Assembly: GCA_001002285.1 (NCBI GenBank)
Contig: LCLX01000002.1
Span: 131,827-195,826, forward strand
Source: Microgenomates group bacterium GW2011_GWC1_46_15
GTDB taxonomy: Bacteria > Patescibacteriota > Microgenomatia > UBA1400 > UBA12028
Reading direction: 5' to 3'
DNA length: 64,000 bases
Shown here: in pieces, positions 48,049 through 56,917 of the stretch
How the letters are laid out: each line of letters opens with the position of its first letter
Position numbering within the stretch: the stretch's first letter is position 1
Notes under the pieces: model-generated
The model's input: only the letters and a program-made list of their open reading frames with translations
The model's database searches: none
What the model was told of the DNA's origin: nothing
Made by a program: the position numbers and the translations under genes

Positions 48049-48189
48049 ATGTTTGCAAATATTGGCTTGAGAGAAATTCTCGTTTTGGTGTTGATCGCCG
48101 TGCTCCTGTTCAAAGGAGGAGAGTTGCTCCCAAGACTCATTCGCGGACTGGGTGATGCGGTACGCGAGTTCCGTAAATCATCCCGGTAA
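48049..48189 (+). CDS. tatA: twin-arginine translocase subunit TatA/E-like, copy 4 (46 aa, divergent)
   Basis: MFANIGLREILVLVLIAVLLFKGGELLPRLIRGLGDAVREFRKSSR. Confidence 0.65.
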   Translation: MFANIGLREILVLVLIAVLLFKGGELLPRLIRGLGDAVREFRKSSR

Positions 48190-48233
48190 CAATATAAAGG
48201 GGACGCGACCCATAGGGGATGTAACTTACCCGC

Positions 48234-50873
48234 ATGCAACATACTGCCGTAGCTATTAGGCGTTGGGTGATTGCTTTCGTTTGCAGTGTTTTGTTGTTCT
48301 CTCTTCTCTTTTTCTCCTCATCTCCAGTTCGCGCTATTAGTGCGGAGTATCAACAATGCCCCGTCAATACCAGTTGTACCGTTGGCGAGTTCTTATATGC
48401 CGATGACTACTCGCCCATTGCCGGTGCCACATGCACATACACCGCGCGCAAACCCGATGGAACGTTGTTTTTAAACGCCGTTGCCATGTCCGAAAGTTCG
48501 GATGGATGGTACGCATATAGCGTGAACGCCACAGGCGCGGTTTCTGGTCTCTACCGCGGAACCATCTGTTGTACTCCACCCGCCGACGCCCAAGTGTGTT
48601 TGGAAAAAAGTTTTGTTGTTGGCCCAGCGGACATGACCGCTACGGATGTCGCAAACGCGGTGTGGGATGCAACGCGCAGTTCACATACGACAACCGGTAG
48701 TTTTGGTGAAAATCTCCAGAACGCTACATCAATTACCGCCGCCGATGTTTGGAATTACTCGAGTAGAACGCTTTCTGGATTTGGCACACTGGCGAGCGAT
48801 GTGTGGGCAAACTCCACCCGCACGCTTTCTGGATTTGGTGATTTGGTATCGAGTATAACATCAAGCATTTGGGGAAATTCTTCAAGAACACTCACCAGCG
48901 GAACACTGAGCAATAGCGAATCGCTCGTAACTTCCTCGAGCACCACACAAAACATTACCGTTACCTACAACACCATTTCGCAACAACTCACCGAAACGCG
49001 GAGTTTGCTTGAGCGAGTCATTAATCAGCCCACTATTCAGTCATTTATTGATGATAAACCAACCGAAAGTCTTGAGTCTAAACTGCAAAAAACCGAGTCT
49101 ATGCTCCTTCAGGTGCAAGAACAGTCTACGCGAGCAATGAACACTATTGACCTCCTTGGTTTAACATGGTCAAGCGTCCAGCCAGATCAACTCACCCAAA
49201 AACTGTCCGATACTACAAAACTTTTAGGAACAAATCCTGATGATCCACACCCAGAAACGATGCTTGACAATGCACACATCCTCGCGTCACTCTGGAATAG
49301 CCTTGTCTTATCAAGCCTTTCGGATCAAACACAAGCAGCGCTGGTTTCTGCAAAGTCTGCGGAACAACAAGCGAAAAGCTCCGGAAAATCGTCTGCTACG
49401 CGCCAATCCCTTCAGGAAACATCAAAATTCCTCACTACGTTGACGCAACTCCTCGGTACCCCCGAAGATGCGTATACAAAACCAACTGCGTTTGGGTATC
49501 TTCATGATCTTCAACGAAAAGCACAGGCGTTACACGAGCAGGAACAGTCCGCACAAAACCTTCTTTCGGACTGGAAATCTATTGACACAAAAAACAGAAG
49601 CCAGTTGCTTGCCACACTATCCAAAGAAGTGTTTGCGATTAATGCCATTCCGCAAGGAATAGTGCTAACAACTCCCGCAAAGGTAGCACATAGTCCAGAA
49701 ATCAGCCAAAAGAACCAGGCGCTCGGCCTACAAGCGCTCATTTCCGCAAACAAACAGCTTCTCGCGCAAAATGCCAACGATCCGCTTAACTCGTACTGGC
49801 TTGAAGAAGGAAGTGTTATTTTCCGTTTCCTCCTCACCAATCCATCTTCAACCATTCGGCAAGATGTTCCCGTGAAATACTATCTCCCTCCAGAAGTGAT
49901 GAAGGAACACATTCTTACTATTGATACAGGGTTGACTATTGAGTATGACGCGGAAAAAAATACGTATTTTGCTTCTGGAACGTACTCCCTTGCCTCCCAG
50001 GAAACAAAAACAATCTCCATAGAAGTTGAGGATATCTGGGTTATTCAGGATTCGGATCTTCAAGCCATCAAAAAACAGGCCGAGGACCTGCTCAAACCAC
50101 TCCAAAAGACTTCGTACTATGCGCAAGGGGCTCTTTTGAAGTCCGATATTGATGTGGCAGTAGATAAAATCTCCGCAAATCAAAGCAAAGACCGCACACC
50201 AGACGCCCGTATCCGCGCATATCGGGAAAATGAAATCGAGCTGGTTGGTATTAAACAAAACATGAGCGCGCTTAAAAACATTGTTGCATCCGCAAGTTCA
50301 ACGGGCTCCATTTTTGGATTTGTGGGGAGTGTACAGGTTGTTGCTGTATGGGGCATTATCATCGTTCTCCTGGCGGGACTCACATATCTTGCGCTGTACA
50401 TGAAAGCTCTCCGGACAAAAATTGATATGCCAGAAAACTTAGAAAGTGCTTTACAGGGTGCCAATATTCCAACAAAAAGATACTATGAAAAACCCATTCC
50501 TGGCTGGAAGAAGGGCGTGTTTGTTCTTTTGTTTTTCCTTCTTACAGGAACAATTACTTCGGCTGTTTCTTCAGCATTCCTTGTGCAGTCAGACCAACAG
50601 AGTACAAAACAAATCGCTAGCACGACACGGGAAGAAAAACTGACGGTGCTTGGTGCGACAACAAAGGTACAACGTGCTACGTTACAAGGAAAAGTTCAAC
50701 CCGTTCCTATCTATACTTCTCCATCCTCCGAAAGCGAGATGTTGCATAGAATACCGGAAGATATTATCGTACAGATCAAAGGAAAGAAGTTTAATTGGAT
50801 ACAAATTCAATACACTTGGGGCGCGGGTGTATACATTGGCTGGGTACAAGATAACACGTTGAAAAAAGAGTAA
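48234..50873 (+). CDS. large secreted/membrane-anchored protein with RR-containing signal peptide, WxNxSxRTLSGFG repeats, coiled coils, 2 TM and C-terminal SH3b domain
   Basis: MQHTAVAIRRWVIAFVCSVLLFSLLFFSSSPVRA|ISAE signal; three about 19-aa repeats (VWNYSSRTLSGFG / VWANSTRTLSGFG / IWGNSSRTLTSG); TM helices near aa 690-760; C-terminal KFNWIQIQYTWGAGVYIGWVQ (SH3b-like). Confidence 0.6.
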   Translation: MQHTAVAIRRWVIAFVCSVLLFSLLFFSSSPVRAISAEYQQCPVNTSCTVGEFLYADDYSPIAGATCTYTARKPDGTLFLNAVAMSESSDGWYAYSVNATGAVSGLYRGTICCTPPADAQVCLEKSFVVGPADMTATDVANAVWDATRSSHTTTGSFGENLQNATSITAADVWNYSSRTLSGFGTLASDVWANSTRTLSGFGDLVSSITSSIWGNSSRTLTSGTLSNSESLVTSSSTTQNITVTYNTISQQLTETRSLLERVINQPTIQSFIDDKPTESLESKLQKTESMLLQVQEQSTRAMNTIDLLGLTWSSVQPDQLTQKLSDTTKLLGTNPDDPHPETMLDNAHILASLWNSLVLSSLSDQTQAALVSAKSAEQQAKSSGKSSATRQSLQETSKFLTTLTQLLGTPEDAYTKPTAFGYLHDLQRKAQALHEQEQSAQNLLSDWKSIDTKNRSQLLATLSKEVFAINAIPQGIVLTTPAKVAHSPEISQKNQALGLQALISANKQLLAQNANDPLNSYWLEEGSVIFRFLLTNPSSTIRQDVPVKYYLPPEVMKEHILTIDTGLTIEYDAEKNTYFASGTYSLASQETKTISIEVEDIWVIQDSDLQAIKKQAEDLLKPLQKTSYYAQGALLKSDIDVAVDKISANQSKDRTPDARIRAYRENEIELVGIKQNMSALKNIVASASSTGSIFGFVGSVQVVAVWGIIIVLLAGLTYLALYMKALRTKIDMPENLESALQGANIPTKRYYEKPIPGWKKGVFVLLFFLLTGTITSAVSSAFLVQSDQQSTKQIASTTREEKLTVLGATTKVQRATLQGKVQPVPIYTSPSSESEMLHRIPEDIIVQIKGKKFNWIQIQYTWGAGVYIGWVQDNTLKKE

Positions 50874-50881
50874 GAAGGCGA

Positions 50882-51316
50882 CTACTGCCAAACTCCCTGC
50901 CCTGCAACAACATTAAACAAGAAATGTATAAGCATTGCTCCTACTAGTCCCACAAACACCCACTTTCCTTTATTTGCGATACCAAGCCCCACCGCACCCA
51001 TTGTTACCGCGTGCATGGGTACTGTAAGGAATAGCCTGAAGAGGAGGGGCTCAAGCGATCCAAATTGAATGGCGCTCGGTAAAAAAAGCAGACTCTCAGA
51101 TAGGCCAAAAACTGCTCCAAAAAGGAGGGGGCGGTATGCCTTTCCCTCTGTATTTGTCCATCCAATTACCCGTAGCATGCCATACTTTGCAAACTCTTCA
51201 ACAAACCAAGGAACTGGAATGATGAACTCAAAAGGTACTGCAAATACAGGCAACATGACGGCAAACAGCGTTTGGGAGATAACTTGAGGAATGTTTGGTG
51301 TACGCCGGGCTGGCAT
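50882..51316 (-). CDS. CPBP-family intramembrane glutamic endopeptidase (CAAX protease/Abi-like)
   Basis: VEEFAKYGMLR (EExxxR), FGAVFGLSESLLF, MLIHFLFNVVAG (HxxxN) motifs; start at MPARR (the longer ORF may add 40 aa). Confidence 0.55.
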   Translation of the reverse strand: MPARRTPNIPQVISQTLFAVMLPVFAVPFEFIIPVPWFVEEFAKYGMLRVIGWTNTEGKAYRPLLFGAVFGLSESLLFLPSAIQFGSLEPLLFRLFLTVPMHAVTMGAVGLGIANKGKWVFVGLVGAMLIHFLFNVVAGQGVWQ

Positions 51317-51547
51317 ATATACAGTATACCCAATAACACAACTCTTTTCCTTTACACTCAACTCGTGCAAATATGCTCTCCGCAACTCTTTGGTTTTCTT
51401 TCGTCTATTTTTAACCTGAGTATGTATTGTGCTCAATTTTGGCCTCTTTTTGGTGATTTTTACTACCTTGCCGCGTGAAAACTTATACTCTTTGGTGTTC
51501 TCTCTTTAAACGAGATATCATACATATAAAACCCGTAGAAACTGTTT

Positions 51548-51728
51548 TTACAACTCTTTGCAACTTCTTACAATGCCCGGCCTTCTCCCCAAATCGCGGA
51601 AAATTTTTGCGTTTGATATATTTTTCCTTTTTTCCACACAACCGCCTATTTCCAGAGAAATATGTATTGACAACGGTTGTTTTTTTAGAGTAGTCTGAAG
51701 TTGTACAAAGTTGTAAGAATTTGTAAAG
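51548..51728 (+). promoter_or_regulatory. two sets of triple direct repeats at 10-bp phasing upstream of the HTH gene (putative operator/promoter)
   Basis: TTACAAC-tct-TTGCAAC-ttc-TTACAAT (51548-51575) and TTGTACAAAG-TTGTAAGAAT-TTGTAAAG (51701-51728), with TTGACA at about 51668 between them. Confidence 0.35.
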
Positions 51729-51736
51729 CATCAGAT

Positions 51737-52285
51737 ATGAATGAAATGTATACCGTCAAACAAGTTGCCGACATTCTTGGATTTTCCACGAACACAGTCT
51801 ACAAATATCTCAATGCTGGGATCATTCATACTTCACGCCCAGGACAGATGAAAAGTCGGTTTCGCATTTCAAAAAAGGCTTTGGAAGACTACCTTGGTGT
51901 TCCAATAGATGAATATAAGAGTGAAAAGCACGCGCGCGTTGAGCCTCTTTTTTCACAAGAGCACAGTTCTTCACAATCTCCGATAGAAACAGTGATCGTT
52001 GATGCAAACGCCCAAAAAATGGGCATTCCTGAGCCTCCTCTCGAGGTAAAGTCTGCTCATGAAGCTGGTACAGAAGACCATGAGGAGCACAATATTGCCC
52101 CATCTTTTGCTCTACGCACCACACGCGCTCTTCTTTTTATTACTTTAATTGGCGTCACATTAAACCTCGCTTTTTTTAGCCTTCCACATCCCATTACGCT
52201 TTTGTCGCAACTCCTGATTCTTTTTGTATTCTTGCTCTTGGCATACCAATATGGCGGAATGCACAAGAAAAAGGCAGTGGTATGA
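51737..52285 (+). CDS. membrane-anchored helix-turn-helix (excisionase/MerR-like HTH_17) DNA-binding protein
   Basis: MNEMYTVKQVADILGFSTNTVYKYLNAGII HTH; C-terminal TM helix LLFITLIGVTLNLAFF...; ATG preferred over the upstream TTG. Confidence 0.5.
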   Translation: MNEMYTVKQVADILGFSTNTVYKYLNAGIIHTSRPGQMKSRFRISKKALEDYLGVPIDEYKSEKHARVEPLFSQEHSSSQSPIETVIVDANAQKMGIPEPPLEVKSAHEAGTEDHEEHNIAPSFALRTTRALLFITLIGVTLNLAFFSLPHPITLLSQLLILFVFLLLAYQYGGMHKKKAVV

Positions 52286-52965
52286 AAAAAATTTCACCAG
52301 TTCTCCAGCGTTTTTTCCACCAATGGCAAATATTTTCCCCCGAGAAACAGTTTTCTCTTCTTTCCTCTGTTCTGGGGACATGCGTCGTGGTGATATCTGT
52401 TCTCTCTGTAGGTGTGTTGGCTCAACAGTATAAAATTCACCGCCTCACTACTCAACACATTGCGCTTCTCGAGAAACTCGGCGTTGTATCAACAACAATG
52501 GACGGTATTGCGCGCGATGGAAAATCCGCGATGGTCGCGCAGGAACTCCGCGCACTCCGCGACGAGGTTATTAAGTACCGCGCGGAACAGCAAGGAAGAG
52601 ATCAAATACTTGGCCTTTCTACCGGTCTTAATCTGCCGACACTCACCGATCCTCTTCAATCGCTCTCGAACACGCTCTCGACGCTTGAGGAAGCAACGAT
52701 TGAACCAACACTTACAATACCTCCTACGCAAACGACAAACCAACAAAATACTGGTGCGCACTTGGGAACTGTTTCTCTTCTCGAGGGAAAATCGTGGACA
52801 TCGGTTGACGCATTTGACCAAGCGCTTGCGTCTTCAAAAATTGTTGGCCAACTCGTTGTCCGCGTTTCTTACCCCTACTATGCAAAAGAGAACGGGTGGT
52901 ACCAAGTTGAACTCTCAAATGGGAAAAGAGGGTGGGTTCAAGAACAATTTGTGAAGGAGGACTAG
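52282..52965 (+). CDS. single-pass membrane protein with C-terminal SH3b-like domain
   Basis: TM helix SVLGTCVVVISVLSVGVLA; C-terminus VSYPYYAKENGWYQVELSNGKRGWVQ; ATGA overlap with the upstream gene. Confidence 0.5.
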   Translation: MKKISPVLQRFFHQWQIFSPEKQFSLLSSVLGTCVVVISVLSVGVLAQQYKIHRLTTQHIALLEKLGVVSTTMDGIARDGKSAMVAQELRALRDEVIKYRAEQQGRDQILGLSTGLNLPTLTDPLQSLSNTLSTLEEATIEPTLTIPPTQTTNQQNTGAHLGTVSLLEGKSWTSVDAFDQALASSKIVGQLVVRVSYPYYAKENGWYQVELSNGKRGWVQEQFVKED

Positions 52966-53378
52966 TGCGCCTGTACTCGCTTGCCCGCGCGATCGACCGC
53001 CTTTTTGTGTACTATGCGGTGATTTTTCTCGCCTTTTTTGTGTTTTTGTCATTCAGATCTGGGGTTTCTCCAACACAGTTCCTCATTTTTGTTCTTTTAC
53101 TCCCCGTTATATTTTATTTTTCGCACGCGTTTTGGAAGTACATTTATGGCATTGCTTCCAAAAAGCGTGGAGGGTGGGCGTTTTCATGGAAACACTTTTT
53201 TCTTCAAGACAGCGCACTATTTCTCTTAAGTATTTCTTTGTTTTCTATCGCGGTCAGCATCGCGTTTGTCCGCGTTACAGGTTCGTTTTTCCATACCCTC
53301 CAGGTTGAAGCCATTCAAACACCACAAACAACATCGGCCAAAACATCATTGCAACCGCCAGCAGAGGAAACGCCATGA
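52932..53378 (+). CDS. hypothetical membrane protein (GTG start; alternative GTG at 52966)
   Basis: 148 aa, 3-4 TM helices; overlaps neighbours on both sides. Confidence 0.35.
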   Translation: MGSRTICEGGLVRLYSLARAIDRLFVYYAVIFLAFFVFLSFRSGVSPTQFLIFVLLLPVIFYFSHAFWKYIYGIASKKRGGWAFSWKHFFLQDSALFLLSISLFSIAVSIAFVRVTGSFFHTLQVEAIQTPQTTSAKTSLQPPAEETP

Positions 53379-54058
53379 CAGGAATGGTTCTTCAGCTCTA
53401 TAGCTTTGTTGTCCTCACGAGTTTAGGCGTATGGATGCTAGAAAAAGCTCAATCTGGCGGAGATGTTTTTCTTGCATCGCTCTTTTTTCCGTTATCAATA
53501 TATCTGGCATTGCGGGTGTTTCACCGCATTGGCGGCGCGTTTGTTTCCCAGCCAAGCCATATCCCACGCGCGAATCCACATCATGAAACACAATTCCACC
53601 CTGCTGAGGGAAATAGCACGCAAACAATACCCACAGAACTCATTCAAGAACTTGAGCCCGACAAGGTTCCCATTGATATTGACCGCCGATTATTCTTAAA
53701 AATGATTGGCTCCGCGGGACTTGGTCTTTTTTTCGTGTCGATTTTCACAGAAAAAACACACGCCGCATTTTTTGGCAGCCTTCCTGGTACTTCTGGTATT
53801 CAGGTTAAAAATAAGCTTGGAGAAAAGATTGACCCCGCAGAAAAATACCCCACAGACGGATACACGATTACTGAAATTGACGATGCGACCTACCCCGCAT
53901 ACTACGGCTTTTTGCATACTTCCGGCGGATGGTACATCACTAAAGAAGCAAGCGACGGATCGTATCGGTATGCAAAGGGAGCATCTGCGTTTTCAACAAG
54001 TTGGGCTCTCCGTAATACAACCGTCACATATGGATATTACGACGCGGTGTTCTCGTAG
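53375..54058 (+). CDS. protein with internal twin-arginine (Tat) signal-like segment; N-terminal 2 TM, C-terminal about 110-aa beta-rich domain
   Basis: aa 100-135: PIDIDRRLFLKMIGSAGLGLFFVSIFTEKTHAAFF = S/T-RRxFLK consensus + h-region + AxA-like site, but located 100 aa into the ORF; immediately upstream of tatC. Confidence 0.5.
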   Translation: MTGMVLQLYSFVVLTSLGVWMLEKAQSGGDVFLASLFFPLSIYLALRVFHRIGGAFVSQPSHIPRANPHHETQFHPAEGNSTQTIPTELIQELEPDKVPIDIDRRLFLKMIGSAGLGLFFVSIFTEKTHAAFFGSLPGTSGIQVKNKLGEKIDPAEKYPTDGYTITEIDDATYPAYYGFLHTSGGWYITKEASDGSYRYAKGASAFSTSWALRNTTVTYGYYDAVFS

Positions 54059-54073
54059 TGTTTGAAGGAATAT

Positions 54074-54805
54074 ATGGCAGAAGAACACTCTCCCGAACAA
54101 ACCGCAGACCTCCTCCGACAAAACATGGTGAAGTATCTCCCCTATCTGCGAGAAGCACAAAAAAGAATGTGGATTACGATTGGTATTTTTATTATTGGTG
54201 GAACGCTCGGATTTTTTGGAAACCAACAGATTTTGGGTTTTGTGATGAAGCGGTTAAACCTCGTTGGGATTAACCTTGTGTTTACCTCTCCAACACAGTT
54301 TATTGATTTGGCATTTCAAACCGGCTTCATTATAGGAGCTCTTCTCGCAATCCCCTATCTTATCTACTGTGTTTTGAGTTTTGTTCTTCCCGCCCTGCGA
54401 AAAAAAGAACGCAGTATTATTCTTTCCCTTCTCCCTCTGAGCCTTGCGCTCACCGTGATCGGATTTGCGTTCGGCGTGTGGATTCAGCAGTTTGTGATCA
54501 CTATTTATTCCCAGACAACAACGAGTTTTAATATCAGCAATATGTGGGATGTTGGCCGTTTTTTCTCTCAGTTTGTGCTCATGGGACTTTCCATGGCACT
54601 TGTTTTCCAGCTTCCTATTGTGTTATCCATTCTCCTCCGCCTTGGGGTCATAAAACGGTCAGTATTGACATCGCGGAGAAGAATTGTGTATGCCGCCATC
54701 ATTATTTTTGCGACGATTCTACCGCCAACCGATATTCTTTCACTTACGCTTATCGTCCTTCCCCTTGTGTTTTTGTTTGAAGGAGCGCTACTATTGAATA
54801 AGTAG
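54074..54805 (+). CDS. tatC: twin-arginine translocase subunit TatC
   Basis: Six-TM TatC architecture, ...LREAQKRMWITIGIFIIGGTLGFF... and FQLPIVLSILLRLGVI; ATG at 54074 preferred over TTG at 54062. Confidence 0.85.
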   Translation: MAEEHSPEQTADLLRQNMVKYLPYLREAQKRMWITIGIFIIGGTLGFFGNQQILGFVMKRLNLVGINLVFTSPTQFIDLAFQTGFIIGALLAIPYLIYCVLSFVLPALRKKERSIILSLLPLSLALTVIGFAFGVWIQQFVITIYSQTTTSFNISNMWDVGRFFSQFVLMGLSMALVFQLPIVLSILLRLGVIKRSVLTSRRRIVYAAIIIFATILPPTDILSLTLIVLPLVFLFEGALLLNK

Positions 54806-54821
54806 TAAAGAAAGGAGCGAC

Positions 54822-54968
54822 ATGTTTCAAAATATTGGGACACCCGAGATTGTTATTGTTGCTCTCGTCCTCCTAGTCCTGTTCGGCGGAAAGAAAATCC
54901 CCGAGTTGGTCCGTGGGATTGGCGAGTCTATCCGCGAGTTCCGCAAAGGACTCAAGGACGAAAAGTAG
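54822..54968 (+). CDS. tatA: twin-arginine translocase subunit TatA/E, copy 5 (48 aa; not in ORF track)
   Basis: MFQNIGTPEIVIVALVLLVLFGGKKIPELVRGIGESIREFRKGLKDEK; AAGGAG RBS; 16 nt after tatC. Confidence 0.8.
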   Translation: MFQNIGTPEIVIVALVLLVLFGGKKIPELVRGIGESIREFRKGLKDEK

Positions 54969-54977
54969 TCGCACATC

Positions 54978-55655
54978 ATGACACACGCACCGAAAAAACG
55001 CCCGGAAACGACGTTGTTTCTTTCTGTTTCCGTGGACGGACGCATTACAAGCCACGACTCTGACCCGTTTGATACGGATAAAACATGGAAAGACCAGCCG
55101 GGTGTGCGCGCGATTCTTCAACGGTTTTATGATTTTTCTGACCCACACACGTGCTCCCTCACAACGGGTTTAGCAATGAAAAAAGCGGGAGTCAATTTTC
55201 GCGTTGAAACACCACAGAAAATGAACGTTCCATTGATTGTATTTGACGCAGAAAAAGATCTTACTCCGCGAGGCATGTTGTATCTCTCACAGTGTGTAAA
55301 ACATTTGTATATTATCGGATATTCTTCTGTCTACAAAAAACTCAAGAAAAAACCCAAGAATCTGATATGGATTCCATATGAAAAACGCGCACCATTACTC
55401 GAGGTTATGCAGCAGTTGCATACACGCGGCGTACGGGCTGTTGTGATGCACTCCGCCGGGCTATTAAACGCACGGTGGATTGCCGAAGGTTTGGTCGATC
55501 ATTTGACCGTGATTGTCGCGCCGTTATTGGTCGGAAAAAATGGGACATCCATGCTGATGGATACCATTCCGTTTTCTGTCCGCCCGCTCACACTTGTGGA
55601 AACGCGCGCAATTAGTGACTCGTACCTTTTTTTGCGGTATGACGTGGAGAAATAA
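54978..55655 (+). CDS. dihydrofolate-reductase-family protein (RibD C-terminal domain-like)
   Basis: LFLSVSVDGRI near the N-terminus and DHLTVIVAPLLVGKNGTSML near the C-terminus, as in the RibD_C/YwjB family. Confidence 0.55.
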   Translation: MTHAPKKRPETTLFLSVSVDGRITSHDSDPFDTDKTWKDQPGVRAILQRFYDFSDPHTCSLTTGLAMKKAGVNFRVETPQKMNVPLIVFDAEKDLTPRGMLYLSQCVKHLYIIGYSSVYKKLKKKPKNLIWIPYEKRAPLLEVMQQLHTRGVRAVVMHSAGLLNARWIAEGLVDHLTVIVAPLLVGKNGTSMLMDTIPFSVRPLTLVETRAISDSYLFLRYDVEK

Positions 55656-55683
55656 TATGGAGACTCGTGGGTAATGTTGAAAT

Positions 55684-56886
55684 TTATTTGATAAAACCAC
55701 CCCATAAAAATTTAGAAAAAGTAGCCGAAGGTTCTTTTCCAATAATCCGACATTGAGTAATACCAAGTTTTTCCGCCCGCCTCACGAGGGTAAAGTAATC
55801 AACTGCAGTTGGTGTTTCTTTCACCTCAAAAGCCCCACGTTCTTTGCCATTGTCAAATATAAAATCAATTTCTCCATCTCTATCAGAAAAATAACTTAAT
55901 TTCCCATCCCAAAAGGACAACTGATGGTGAATTGTGTTTTCAAATTTACTTCCGCTTGAAAGATCAGTATTTACGTTAGCGATTCCTGTATCGACAAAAT
56001 ATAGTTTCTTTTGTAATCGTGTTTGGACATCTGAAGATTTTGAATACGCGGGAACTGTAGCAATTAAGTACGTTTGCTCCAAAAATTCAATATAGTTATC
56101 AACAGTGATCCTACTCAATCCGGTAATATTAGCAATTTCCGTAACATTTAACTTACTACCAATGCGCGCTGCTAGTAGTTTAATAACTCTACGTAGATGA
56201 TTTGTGGATTTAAAATCTGCTAATGCTTGAACATCAATATTGATATATGAACTAAAAATTTCTTCAAGAAGGATCTTTTTGCGATTCACATCGGGTGTCA
56301 GCACTATCCTTGGTAAGCCACCATATTCTACATATTCTTGATAATAAGTATGGAGTTGGTGATATGCGACTTCTGAGAACTCAACCATCCAAGGGAAATC
56401 ATCGCCAAGCATGTAGGGAAATTCTCGAAAATTAAGAAACTCTTGAAAACTCAATGGGAGCATTTCATAAATCACTTTTCTCCCCGCCATTGATTCAGAA
56501 AAACGATTTTTAATATAGTATGAACTTGATCCAGTAAGCAAAAACTTGATGCGGTGGTGGTCGTACAAATACTTCACAATACTGGGAATATTCTCAAGAA
56601 GTTGAATTTCATCTAATGCGATGTATAGTTTCTCTTTTATCGACAATCCTCGTTTTTGAAACTCGTTAATAAGTGAGTTGTAATTTTTGGTTTCAAACAT
56701 TTCTCGATCAACCAAATTCTCTAAGTCAAAGTACTGTTTGTTTTTTGATGGAATCTGATCAAGTAACCAATGGAGTGTTGTTGTTTTACCTACTTGCCGA
56801 GGACCTGTAATCACAACAACTTCATCTGTAGAAAGCTCTTTTACTAAAGTAGGCCAGATACGACGTTGCATAACACTACTATACAA
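55684..56886 (-). CDS. AAA+ superfamily ATPase (AAA_14/DUF4143 type)
   Basis: VVVITGPRQVGKTTTL Walker A, LDEIQLL Walker B, C-terminal DUF4143-like region; TTG start at 56886 or ATG at 56871. Confidence 0.7.
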   Translation of the reverse strand: MYSSVMQRRIWPTLVKELSTDEVVVITGPRQVGKTTTLHWLLDQIPSKNKQYFDLENLVDREMFETKNYNSLINEFQKRGLSIKEKLYIALDEIQLLENIPSIVKYLYDHHRIKFLLTGSSSYYIKNRFSESMAGRKVIYEMLPLSFQEFLNFREFPYMLGDDFPWMVEFSEVAYHQLHTYYQEYVEYGGLPRIVLTPDVNRKKILLEEIFSSYINIDVQALADFKSTNHLRRVIKLLAARIGSKLNVTEIANITGLSRITVDNYIEFLEQTYLIATVPAYSKSSDVQTRLQKKLYFVDTGIANVNTDLSSGSKFENTIHHQLSFWDGKLSYFSDRDGEIDFIFDNGKERGAFEVKETPTAVDYFTLVRRAEKLGITQCRIIGKEPSATFSKFLWGGFIK

Positions 56887-56917
56887 TAAACGTCGTTATT
56901 TGTATAGTATGCGTTTG

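Noticed and set aside
37300-54800. Integrated prophage as explanation for the accessory block
   Set aside because: No integrase, recombinase, terminase, portal, capsid, tube or sheath candidates were seen, and no flanking tRNA or att duplication. The tail-fibre-like proteins alone do not justify a mobile_element call.
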